From assembly GCA_003566375.1 (NCBI GenBank), contig PXDN01000418.1:1-45742 (forward strand): a stretch of 45,742 nt of DNA, given 5' to 3'. Of this stretch, positions 8,959 through 19,833 are shown in pieces. Made by a program: the position numbers and the translations under genes. The DNA comes from Opitutia bacterium (GTDB taxonomy: Bacteria; Verrucomicrobiota; Verrucomicrobiia; Opitutales; T3Sed10-336). The notes under the pieces are model-generated. The model worked only from the letters and a program-made list of their open reading frames with translations, searched no databases and was not told the DNA's origin. Positions within the stretch are counted from its first letter, which is position 1, and each line of letters begins with the position of its first letter.

Positions 8959-9294
8959 TCAGCGGGATTGCACCAAGCCGATATCCTTCTTGATGTTTTG
9001 CACCGTTGGAACAGAAACGCCCACCTCGCGGGCCACCGCGGTGGCGCCTTTTTTAGCGCGCAATTCCGATTCGATTTTCGAACGCAATTCAGGTGTTATG
9101 GTCACGCGTTTGGCGCGCCCCACACCGGCACCACCGCCGCGAAGCGAACTCAAATCATCAATCAAATCCTTGCGGCTGGAATAACCGAGATCCTTGTGCA
9201 AATTGACCAGCTTTTTACGGCGGTCGGCAACAAGCTCCTTTTCCAAGCGGGCGATCTGCTCTTTGTGTTCTTTTATGAGTTTCAATTTGTCCAT
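8959..9294 (-). CDS. Small (111 aa) coiled-coil + helix-turn-helix DNA-binding protein
   Basis: N-terminus MDKLKLIKEHKEQIARLEKELVADRRKKLVNLHKDLGYSSRKDLIDDL is heptad-like. A Gly-rich linker (RGGGAGVGRAKR) follows. The C-terminus KKGATAVAREVGVSVPTVQNIKKDIG is a Hin/transposase-type HTH. The gene is visibly less GC-rich than its neighbours. Confidence 0.7.
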   Translation of the reverse strand: MDKLKLIKEHKEQIARLEKELVADRRKKLVNLHKDLGYSSRKDLIDDLSSLRGGGAGVGRAKRVTITPELRSKIESELRAKKGATAVAREVGVSVPTVQNIKKDIGLVQSR

Positions 9295-9682
9295 TATTAT
9301 CAGATGTTGTTTTGCTGATGTTTTTCAGCAAATCACCCAACAGCAGTGACCATTTTCAGTGAATTGGCAAGCATTTTTTGTTATTTTGTAACAAATCCAC
9401 AACACTCCGAAAGAATAATAAAGACCTGCCGGAACCGGATCCGTTCAGCCAACTCCATTGCCGCGAAGTGGGAAAACCGCTTTGCCAATCATTGAAAAGG
9501 AGCGTCATTCAATACGTTTTAAAATTGTCGCTTCCGGGATAAGTTTGCTCCCTATAGCCAATTAAGGGGCATGCCATAATCCGCCTCAAGTCTTTCCGAT
9601 CAACGGAAAGGCGAACGCCGAAAACAAAGGGAAACCTCCTTTCCCCTTGCCTGTCGCACCGTTCACGGGAGTATGAAAACCC

Positions 9683-11794
9683 ATGTTTCCTCTTCAGAAA
9701 ATGCACCAGTGTTTTATTATTTTACCAACGCTCTTCCTCATGACGGTATCCAGTTTGGCCGCCTCCTCCGGTTGGGAGGATTTCCCTTTTGACCGACCGG
9801 GGTTCGACCCGTTGGAGGTATTGAACGCGGAGGGGCATCCGAAAGCGCCCTGGGCCGAACCCGTGCGGGCGGGGGACCGCGCGGCGGCGGCCGCCGCCCT
9901 GGTCAAAGAGCTGCGCGAAGGGCCGGCCCGCATTGACTTGGAAAACAGCATTCCCCGCGTGCGGCTGCGTTGGTTCGGCACCCGCATCAATGAAAACGCC
10001 GGCATGGCCTACGACGCCGACGAGGTGGTCAATCTCCGCTACACCGGCGGCTACGGTCTCACCCACCAGTTCGAGGATGAAATCGATTGGGCCCATGACC
10101 CGACCGGGGGCAGCACCATGGAATGGACCTGGGGGCTGAACCGCCACTTCCACTGGCTCAACCTGGCCGACGCTTACGGGGAAACCGGCGATCCCAAATA
10201 TGCCCGCGCCTGGGAAAAAGAACTGCGCTCGTGGATCGATCAAATGCCGCGTCCGCCCGACCTGTCCCAACGCCGCCACCCCGGCTGGCGCACCCTCGAC
10301 ACGGGCATTCGCGCCGGGTCGGTTTGGCCGTATGTGTTCGAGATTTTCCGCCACAGCCCGCATGTCACCGACCAAGCGATCTGGTTGCTTTTCAGCGGAC
10401 AACGCGAAAACGCCCTCCACCTGATGCAATCGACCGCCGGCGGCAACTGGCGGGTCATGGAGTCGAACGGGCTCGGTCATGTCGGCATCCTGTTTCCCGA
10501 ACTCAACGGCGCCGCCGATTTCGCCGCCACCGCCTTGAAACGCAGTGAGCAGGAGCTGGCGGCCCAGTTTTATCCGGATGGCAACCACCAGGAATTCGCC
10601 CCCCATTACTCGGCGGCCGGGTGCATTGCCAATTTTCACACCCTCGCCATGCTGGCCGAACAAAACGACCGGCCTTTTCCCCGCGCCTTCCGCGCCGGGC
10701 TGGCCAACGCCGCCCACGCCCTCGCCCGCATCGCCTACCCCGACGGCGTGGTCCCGGCCCTGCACAATTCCCGCGAGGTGGTCATTCCGATGCTGTTCAA
10801 CGAAGTCGCCTTCCAATTCGATCCCGACACTTATTACGACATGCCGTGGGCCGAGCCCGAATCCGATTTCGTGCCATTCGGCGGCTACGCCGTGCTGCGC
10901 CGGGAGGACCGCTACGCCATGCTCGACGCCGGCCCCCGCGGCACCTCCCATTTTCACAACGACGATCTGCAGGTGCTCACCCACGCCCATGGCCGAAAAT
11001 TCGCGGTGGATCCCGGCACGCCCCGCTACACCAACGAGGAGATCAGCCACCACCTCCGCGCGTCATCCGCCCACAATGTGGTCCTGATGAACGGGCGCGA
11101 CCATGAACCGGGCGTGATCATTTCCCGGCCGCAAGTTCCGATGCCGGTCTCGTTTTACGGCGGAGGACCGGTTCAGATGGCGGCGGCCCAGCGAACGTTG
11201 CGCCAAACCGGCGGCGACGAGGTAACCTTTTCCCACGAACGGGTTCTGCTCGACGTGGAGGGGCTTGGCTGGGTGGTGTTCGACCGCCTCACGCCCCCGT
11301 CGCCCGATTCCGAAAACACCTGGGAATGGATCTGGGGCTTTGACGTGGACACACTCGAATTCACCCGCAACGGCGTTTTCGCCATCCACCACGGGGGGCC
11401 TTCGATGCAATTGCAGGCCATCGGAAACGTGAACGGCTCGTTTCAAGACGCCACCGGGCAAACCGAGCCGACCACCCGGGGCTGGATGCTCCAACCGCGG
11501 GTGGAGGATTACATCCCCCTGCCCACCACCACCTATCTCTCCCAACCCGTAACCGGCGAAGCCTGGCTTTTCACCCTGCATGTTCCGCACGGCGATGCCG
11601 AATCCCCGTCACGGACCCGCATCGCCGGTGTCCAGACCGAGACCAATTCCTGGCAACTGGCGGTGACCCACGACAACCAATCGTTCCGCATCCGCCTCCA
11701 AAGCGACGGGTTTGAAATCACCCAAGCCACCGTGTGGCACGGCGCCGAAACCCTCGCCGATCTCCTGGCCGGGGGCCACACCCTGGAGGATTGA
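9683..11794 (+). CDS. Heparinase II/III-family protein, secreted (second, divergent paralogue)
   Basis: 703 aa with signal-like MFPLQKMHQCFIILPTLFLMTVSSLAASS. It contains HFHNDDLQVLTHAHGRKFAVDPGTPRYT and SSAHNVVLMNG, as in the Hepar_II_III C-domain. Confidence 0.8.
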   Translation: MFPLQKMHQCFIILPTLFLMTVSSLAASSGWEDFPFDRPGFDPLEVLNAEGHPKAPWAEPVRAGDRAAAAAALVKELREGPARIDLENSIPRVRLRWFGTRINENAGMAYDADEVVNLRYTGGYGLTHQFEDEIDWAHDPTGGSTMEWTWGLNRHFHWLNLADAYGETGDPKYARAWEKELRSWIDQMPRPPDLSQRRHPGWRTLDTGIRAGSVWPYVFEIFRHSPHVTDQAIWLLFSGQRENALHLMQSTAGGNWRVMESNGLGHVGILFPELNGAADFAATALKRSEQELAAQFYPDGNHQEFAPHYSAAGCIANFHTLAMLAEQNDRPFPRAFRAGLANAAHALARIAYPDGVVPALHNSREVVIPMLFNEVAFQFDPDTYYDMPWAEPESDFVPFGGYAVLRREDRYAMLDAGPRGTSHFHNDDLQVLTHAHGRKFAVDPGTPRYTNEEISHHLRASSAHNVVLMNGRDHEPGVIISRPQVPMPVSFYGGGPVQMAAAQRTLRQTGGDEVTFSHERVLLDVEGLGWVVFDRLTPPSPDSENTWEWIWGFDVDTLEFTRNGVFAIHHGGPSMQLQAIGNVNGSFQDATGQTEPTTRGWMLQPRVEDYIPLPTTTYLSQPVTGEAWLFTLHVPHGDAESPSRTRIAGVQTETNSWQLAVTHDNQSFRIRLQSDGFEITQATVWHGAETLADLLAGGHTLED

Positions 11795-11875
11795 CCCGGC
11801 CCGCGCCCCCACGGGCAAACAAAGCCGGTCCGGCTTCTCCTTGCCAGAACAGGCCGCGGGCACGAGGTTGGGGCC

Positions 11876-12697
11876 ATGCCAACGGAAATCCAAGCCAACC
11901 GGCGTCTCTGGGACGCGTGGACCGATCTTCATTATCAGTCCGAATTTTACGGGGTGCGAAAATTCCGCGAGGGCGGGCTTTCGCTGCCCGCCTGCGACAC
12001 GGAAGCGGTGGGACCGGTGGAGGGCCTCTCGCTGCTGCATCTGCAGTGCCACTTCGGTCTCGACACCCTCTCCTGGGCCAGACTGGGCGCCCGCGCGACC
12101 GGGCTCGATTTTTCCGGGCGGTCCATCGCGAAAGCCCGGGAACTTGCCGACGAATGCGATTTGCCGGTTCGCTTTGTGGAAGCCGAAATCGCGGAAGCCC
12201 CGCAAGTCATCGGCGAAACCTTTGATTGGGTTGTCACCACGGCGGGCGTTTTGCCCTGGCTGCCGGACCTGCGGGCCTGGAGCCGGACCATCGCCGCCCT
12301 GTTGCGGCCCGGAGGCCGATTTTACCTGCGGGAGTTCCATCCGGTGTCGCAGACGTTGGACCAGGAGGCGGGGGCCGCCGGAAACCCGGTTTTCCGTTAC
12401 CCGTATTTTCCCACCGGCCAACCGATCTGTTCCGGTTCCACCGGTTCTTACGCGGTGCCCGACCATCCGGTCGAAACCGTCGGTTACGAGTGGCCGCACA
12501 CCGTGGCCGAGGTCGTGCAAGCCCTGCTTGACGCCGGTTTGCGCCTGACCGGCATGCGGGAATTCGCCCACACCACCTACCGTTCCCTCCCTTGGCTGGT
12601 GCAAGACAACGGGGGTGACTGGCGCTGGCCGGGGGAGAACGCCTTCCTTCCGCTCATGTACGCCATCCAAGCGGTAAAACCGGCGGAGCGCGCGTAA
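11876..12697 (+). CDS. Class I SAM-dependent methyltransferase
   Basis: 273 aa. LLHLQCHFGLDTLSWARLGARATGLDFS is a motif I-like segment, followed by LLRPGGRFYL. Confidence 0.75.
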   Translation: MPTEIQANRRLWDAWTDLHYQSEFYGVRKFREGGLSLPACDTEAVGPVEGLSLLHLQCHFGLDTLSWARLGARATGLDFSGRSIAKARELADECDLPVRFVEAEIAEAPQVIGETFDWVVTTAGVLPWLPDLRAWSRTIAALLRPGGRFYLREFHPVSQTLDQEAGAAGNPVFRYPYFPTGQPICSGSTGSYAVPDHPVETVGYEWPHTVAEVVQALLDAGLRLTGMREFAHTTYRSLPWLVQDNGGDWRWPGENAFLPLMYAIQAVKPAERA

Positions 12698-12704
12698 CCC
12701 GGGG

Positions 12705-12726
12705 ATTCCCGCGGGGCGGGAATTTT
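12705..12726 (+). terminator. Weak intrinsic terminator after the methyltransferase gene
   Basis: attcccg cgggg cgggaat forms a 7-bp stem that runs into TTTT. Confidence 0.4.
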
Positions 12727-12772
12727 GCGCGTTGTGCGCAACGCCTCGGTTCTTCAATCTAAAGATGATCGC

Positions 12773-13795
12773 ATGAGTATCGATGCCACCGAAAGATGGG
12801 CCGCCGGAGCCACCCGCCCCGCACCCGCCGCCAAGAGACGGCGGGCCGGACCGCTCCTGTTCGCCATCGCGGCCCAGGCGCTGGTGCTGGCGGCCAGCGT
12901 TTTTGTGGTGGTGATGATCCCACCCTCCCGCACCGAGCCGGAGTTCACCGCCCCAAAAACCATCCACCTCCCCCAGCGGGAACTGGAGCACCGGGTGGCG
13001 CTGGCCGAATTCCAACAAGCGGTTAGCGCCCCGCCCACCATCGAACGCCTCACTTCCAGCGCCCTCCTCCCCGATGGCCTGCCGCCCCTGCCGGCCACGC
13101 CCGACGCCACCTTCACCCCGATGGAAACGACCGCCACCGGGGTTCCGGACCTCCATGCCCTGCTGGGAGCCGCCGGCTTTCCCGGCGCGGGTGCTCCGGG
13201 CGGGGCGTCCTCCTCCTCCTTTTTCGGCATTGAGGACAGCGGCCAACGCATTGTCATCGTTGTCAACACCTCGGTTTCGGTGGTCAACAAGGCCGCCCGG
13301 CGCGGCGTCACCATTGAACGGATACAGGAGGAGATGACCGGCCTGATCGAAAACCTGGACACCTCCGCCCTCTTCGGCATCGTGCAGTTCAGCCAGGGAG
13401 TGAGAACCTTTGAGGATTTCCTCGCCCCGGCCACTGAAGCCAACAAGCAGGCGGTCCGCCAATGGGTCCCGGCCAATCTGCGCGGCAATCCCCGCGCCTC
13501 GCCGAACCAGGAGTATTACGGCCACGAGGCGGCCTTCGCGGCGGCCTTCCGCCTGGAGCCGGATGTCATTTTTCTCCTGACCGACGGCCAGCTCAACCGG
13601 CGGGAGGGCACGCCCGGCAACTACAGTTATCCGGAAATCCCCCACTCGGTCCTGACCCGCACCCTGCGCGCCCTGCAACGGGAAAGCCCCCGCCCGGTCC
13701 GCATTCACGCGGTCGGTTTCGAGATGAATCGCTCCGACGCCGAGGGGCTGCGCCGCCTGACCCGTGAATTTAACGGTGAACTGCGGGAGTTTTAA
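12773..13795 (+). CDS. Membrane-anchored von Willebrand factor A-like domain protein
   Basis: Track ORF 12725..13795 (TTG start) trimmed to the ATG of MSIDATERW. One TM segment (LLFAIAAQALVLAASVFVVVMI) and a Pro/Ala-rich linker precede a VWA-like fold: IVIVVNTSVSV, then FLLTDGQ, then IHAVGF. Confidence 0.6.
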   Translation: MSIDATERWAAGATRPAPAAKRRRAGPLLFAIAAQALVLAASVFVVVMIPPSRTEPEFTAPKTIHLPQRELEHRVALAEFQQAVSAPPTIERLTSSALLPDGLPPLPATPDATFTPMETTATGVPDLHALLGAAGFPGAGAPGGASSSSFFGIEDSGQRIVIVVNTSVSVVNKAARRGVTIERIQEEMTGLIENLDTSALFGIVQFSQGVRTFEDFLAPATEANKQAVRQWVPANLRGNPRASPNQEYYGHEAAFAAAFRLEPDVIFLLTDGQLNRREGTPGNYSYPEIPHSVLTRTLRALQRESPRPVRIHAVGFEMNRSDAEGLRRLTREFNGELREF

Positions 13796-13947
13796 CGCGG
13801 CTTCCCCCTTGCCCAACCCGGATGGAGAAACCGGGCCGAAACGCTCAAAACCGCTTGCGTTGACCCGGCAAATGCCGTGAACTTGCCCCCCTTGATTGAC
13901 CGGCCCCGGCGGGCCGGAAACAACCTTCATTGAAAACGATTCAAACC

Positions 13948-14421
13948 ATGGCATTGCAAAAAGATTCCAAAGCACCTGATTTCACACTGAAAACCAAGAC
14001 CGACAGCGGCTTGGTCGATGTTAAACTGAGCGACAATTTCGGGAAGAAAAAGACCGTTCTCCTCTTCTTCCCGCTCGCGTTTACCGGCGTCTGCACGAAC
14101 GAAATGTGCGCCGTGCGGGATTCCCTGCAACAATATGAAAGCCTGAACGCCGCCGTCTACGGCATCAGCGTGGACAGCCCATTTGCCCAAGAGGCGTTTG
14201 CCAAAAAAGAGGGGATCAACTTCCCCCTGCTGAGCGATTTCAACCGCACCGCCTGCAAAGCTTACGACGCGCACTACGAGGATTTTATCGGGTTCGCCGG
14301 CGTCGCCAAGCGTTCGGCTTTCGTCATCGACGAGAACGGAACCATCCTTTACAGCAGCTCCAGCGACGATCCGAAAGTCCTGCCCGATTTCGAGGCCATC
14401 CAAAAAGCCCTGCAAAGCTGA
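13948..14421 (+). CDS. Peroxiredoxin (BCP/PrxQ-like, AhpC/TSA family)
   Basis: MALQKDSKAPDFTL...VLLFFPLAFTGVCTNEMC has a Cys-x4-Cys pair as in BCP-type peroxiredoxins. The track ORF begins at an upstream TTG (13930); I prefer the ATG. Confidence 0.85.
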   Translation: MALQKDSKAPDFTLKTKTDSGLVDVKLSDNFGKKKTVLLFFPLAFTGVCTNEMCAVRDSLQQYESLNAAVYGISVDSPFAQEAFAKKEGINFPLLSDFNRTACKAYDAHYEDFIGFAGVAKRSAFVIDENGTILYSSSSDDPKVLPDFEAIQKALQS

Positions 14422-14475
14422 ACGGCACCGCCGCCCGTTTTCCACATCAACACCGATTTCAACGCCACCCGATTC

Positions 14476-17349
<2,874 letters not shown>

Positions 17350-17361
17350 TAAACCCAACAT

Positions 17362-17406
17362 GGAGGCGGAATGCCTGCCCGGGCATTCCGCCTCCCTCCT
17401 TTTTTC
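17362..17406 (+). terminator. Intrinsic terminator after acnA
   Basis: ggaggcggaatgcc / ggcattccgcctcc forms a perfect 14-bp stem. It is followed by ctcc and a T-run (ttttttcc). Confidence 0.75.
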
Positions 17407-17429
17407 CAACCAATCGCAACCAAGTCGGC

Positions 17430-17939
17430 ATGCCCGAAACCGAAAACCCGGCGTTCCTCGTTGACGCTTATTCCGACCCGGCCATCGTAAAAATCCGGGG
17501 GCGGGTTTCGTTTCTAAACAGCGCTCCCCTGCGGGAGTTTTTCACCCAGACAACCCGGGAAAAAAACGGGTTCATTCTCGATTTCGGCGACTGCGCCAGC
17601 ATGGACAGCACCTTCCTCGGCATTCTGGCCGGGGCGGCCATGGACCTGCGCAAAAAAGATCCTCCCGGTTCCTTTGTGCTTTGCCGCCTGGGCGCCCGCA
17701 ACCTGGAGTTGGTGCGCAACCTCGGCCTGCACCGGATCATGACCGTGGACGCGGGCGAAACTTCCCTGAATTTCAACCCCAACGCCAAATCCCTTACCGG
17801 TGCCAACAACAAGGAGGAAATTGAAAACGCCCGAATTGTTCTCGAAGCGCATGAAAATTTGGTTGAGGTTGACGAGGGCAACCGCAAGAAATTTCAGGAC
17901 GTGATTTCTTTTCTCAAAAATCAAGTGGAACGATCGTGA
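17430..17939 (+). CDS. STAS-domain protein (anti-sigma-factor antagonist, RsbV/SpoIIAA-like) with a C-terminal extension
   Basis: VKIRGRVSFLNSAPLREF...ILDFGDCASMDSTFLGILAG carries the DS(T/S)-type phosphorylatable serine context. At 169 aa it is about 50 aa longer than classical RsbV. Confidence 0.75.
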   Translation: MPETENPAFLVDAYSDPAIVKIRGRVSFLNSAPLREFFTQTTREKNGFILDFGDCASMDSTFLGILAGAAMDLRKKDPPGSFVLCRLGARNLELVRNLGLHRIMTVDAGETSLNFNPNAKSLTGANNKEEIENARIVLEAHENLVEVDEGNRKKFQDVISFLKNQVERS

Positions 17940-17952
17940 CCCGCCCACCGCC

Positions 17953-19389
17953 ATGTTCCCCTTTTTCATCGCCCTGACGTTCGCGGTTGTCTTTTTCTTC
18001 CTTTACCTTTTGGCCAAAAAGGAAATCACCCGGCTGGATGAGATACGCCAACTCGCCGATCAGGAGAAGCAACTGGTGGTCGATTTCATGCACGATTTGG
18101 TGGAGGCCCTGGGTGAGGGCCTGAGCCGGGAAGATCTGTTTCAGCGCATCGTCCACGCCGCCATCCTTAGCACCGGCGCCCTCAGCGCCTGCGCTTTCGA
18201 AAACCAGGACGAAAAGGAGCTGAAGGGGGTCGCCGTGGAGGGCTTGTTTCCTCCCCAAAAACCCCTGCCTGAAAGCTCGAAAGTCAAATTGACCACCCGC
18301 GCCAAGTTCATTGAACAAGTTCTCAAGTCAGAGACCATCGCTTTCAAGGAGGGTATCATCGGCGAAGTGGCCGCCAACCGGCAAGCGGTGCTCATCCAGG
18401 ACGGGCTCAACGACCCCCGCGTGATCCGCCACGACGACGCCTCCCTGCTGGTCAAGTCGATCATCGCCGCCCCCGTCATTTTCCGGGACAAATTGCTCGG
18501 CGTTCTCGCCGTGGCCAATCCCTCCGATGGGCTTGCCTTCAACGAAACCGATTTTTCCCTCGTGCAAAGCCTCGCCGACCAAGCCGGCCTGGCCCTCCAC
18601 AACGCCGATTTGTTGAACCTGCAACTGGAAAAAAAGAAACTCGACCTCGACCTTTCCCTGGCCAGCAACATCCAGCAAATGCTCCTGCCCAAAGAAAATC
18701 CCTTCATGGAAGGCCTGGAGATGGACGCGGTTTACATCCCCGCGCAAAAGGTCGGCGGCGACCTTTATGATTTATTCCCCCTCGGCCCCGGCAAGCTCGG
18801 CGTGGCCATCGCCGATGTATCCGGGAAGGGAATCCCCGCTTCCCTTCTGATGGCCATCTGCAGGAGCAATCTCCGGCATTTTTCCCGTTACCACGATTCC
18901 CCCGCCGCCGTCCTGAAAGAACTGAACCGCTCCATGGCCCCCGAAATGCGCGAGGACATGTTTATTACCCTGATCTACGCGGTGGTGGACATGAACCGCC
19001 ACGAGGTGGTCTTCGCCCGCGCGGGGCACGAATTACCCTTTCTGTCGCACGCCAACAACCCCGGGCAAACCCCGGTGGTGGAAATGCTCGGCTCCGAGGG
19101 CATGGCGGTCGGGCTGGTGGGCGACGAAATTTTCGATCTGGTCATGGAGGACCGCGTTATCCCGTTTCAACCGGGCAACGCCTTGGTCCTCTACACCGAC
19201 GGCGTTACCGAGGCGGTCAATGGCGAGGGAATTGAATTTTCCAGCGGACGGCTCGCGGATGTGGTAAAAACCCTGCGCAACCGTTCCTGCAAGGAACTCA
19301 ACAAAGGCATTCTCGATTCCCTTGACCGCTTCGCCGGACGCCGGGGCATCGGCGACGACATCAGCCTGATTACCCTGAAACACCTGTGA
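17953..19389 (+). CDS. Membrane-anchored GAF domain + PP2C (SpoIIE/RsbU-family) serine phosphatase
   Basis: N-terminal TM segment MFPFFIALTFAVVFFFLYLL. A GAF-like region (VIFRDKLLGVLAVANP) precedes the PP2C motifs GGDLYD, DVSGKGIPASL, LYTDGVTEA and GDDISLI. Confidence 0.85.
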   Translation: MFPFFIALTFAVVFFFLYLLAKKEITRLDEIRQLADQEKQLVVDFMHDLVEALGEGLSREDLFQRIVHAAILSTGALSACAFENQDEKELKGVAVEGLFPPQKPLPESSKVKLTTRAKFIEQVLKSETIAFKEGIIGEVAANRQAVLIQDGLNDPRVIRHDDASLLVKSIIAAPVIFRDKLLGVLAVANPSDGLAFNETDFSLVQSLADQAGLALHNADLLNLQLEKKKLDLDLSLASNIQQMLLPKENPFMEGLEMDAVYIPAQKVGGDLYDLFPLGPGKLGVAIADVSGKGIPASLLMAICRSNLRHFSRYHDSPAAVLKELNRSMAPEMREDMFITLIYAVVDMNRHEVVFARAGHELPFLSHANNPGQTPVVEMLGSEGMAVGLVGDEIFDLVMEDRVIPFQPGNALVLYTDGVTEAVNGEGIEFSSGRLADVVKTLRNRSCKELNKGILDSLDRFAGRRGIGDDISLITLKHL

Positions 19390-19546
19390 CCCGGCAGCCC
19401 GGACGGCCGACGATTGGCAGGCCGTATTACTGACAGTTACTGGAAGTGGCGCCGTGTATGTCGGAAAATCAAGGCCCCGCAGTAACCCACTTGCAATCCA
19501 CAATGCGAAGCTGATCGTTCCCACCTTCGTCGAAAAAAGCGTTTTC

Positions 19547-19581
19547 AAAGGAGCGCCAGCCTTCAGGCGGCGAATCAGGCC
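19547..19581 (+). repeat. Perfect 35-bp direct repeat, copy 1
   Basis: aaaggagcgccagccttcaggcggcgaatcaggcc, checked base by base against copy 2. Confidence 0.9.
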
Positions 19582-19659
19582 CCTTGGTGACCGCTTACAA
19601 ACCTTACTGTCGACCGCTGAAGCGGGACGCTCCCGCTTACACCCCGGGGATCGCTGAAA

Positions 19660-19694
19660 AAAGGAGCGCCAGCCTTCAGGCGGCGAATCAGGCC
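19660..19694 (+). repeat. Perfect 35-bp direct repeat, copy 2
   Basis: An identical 35-mer lies 113 bp downstream of copy 1. Confidence 0.9.
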
Positions 19695-19833
19695 ACGAAG
19701 TAACGACTTGCACAACCATGATAAAGCAGGGGGTTCCGCTTACGCTGCAGAAGTTGGGGCCTCTGCTGCACGAGCTTGGAAAAGGAACCTGAGGTTGACC
19801 CCGCGCCGGTCGTTGGCTTACTTTTCCCTCATC

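Larger units (their letters stand above)
19442..19800 (+). repeat. Three diverged tandem copies of a roughly 105-113-bp unit in an intergenic region
   Basis: I aligned the units by eye starting at about 19442, 19547 and 19660. See the finding for conserved blocks. Confidence 0.6.

Noticed and set aside
9509-9706. 65-aa minus-strand ORF inside the AT-rich spacer.
   Set aside because: It overlaps the start of the heparinase gene on the other strand, has no motif, and its codon usage is unlike that of neighbouring genes. It is more likely a chance ORF in regulatory DNA.
11609-13975. 788-aa minus-strand ORF, the longest unexplained ORF in the track.
   Set aside because: It runs antisense across four independent plus-strand genes (heparinase 3' end, methyltransferase, VWA protein, peroxiredoxin start) and their spacers. 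The translation is Gly/Arg/Pro-rich with no motifs. I read it as a shadow frame.
19442-19800. Possible CRISPR array, given two perfect 35-bp direct repeats.
   Set aside because: There are only two perfect copies and one degenerate copy. The 'spacers' are about 78 bp and are themselves homologous between units. There is no leader-like A/T tract and no cas genes in the window. It behaves as a tandem duplication of a whole unit of about 110 bp.
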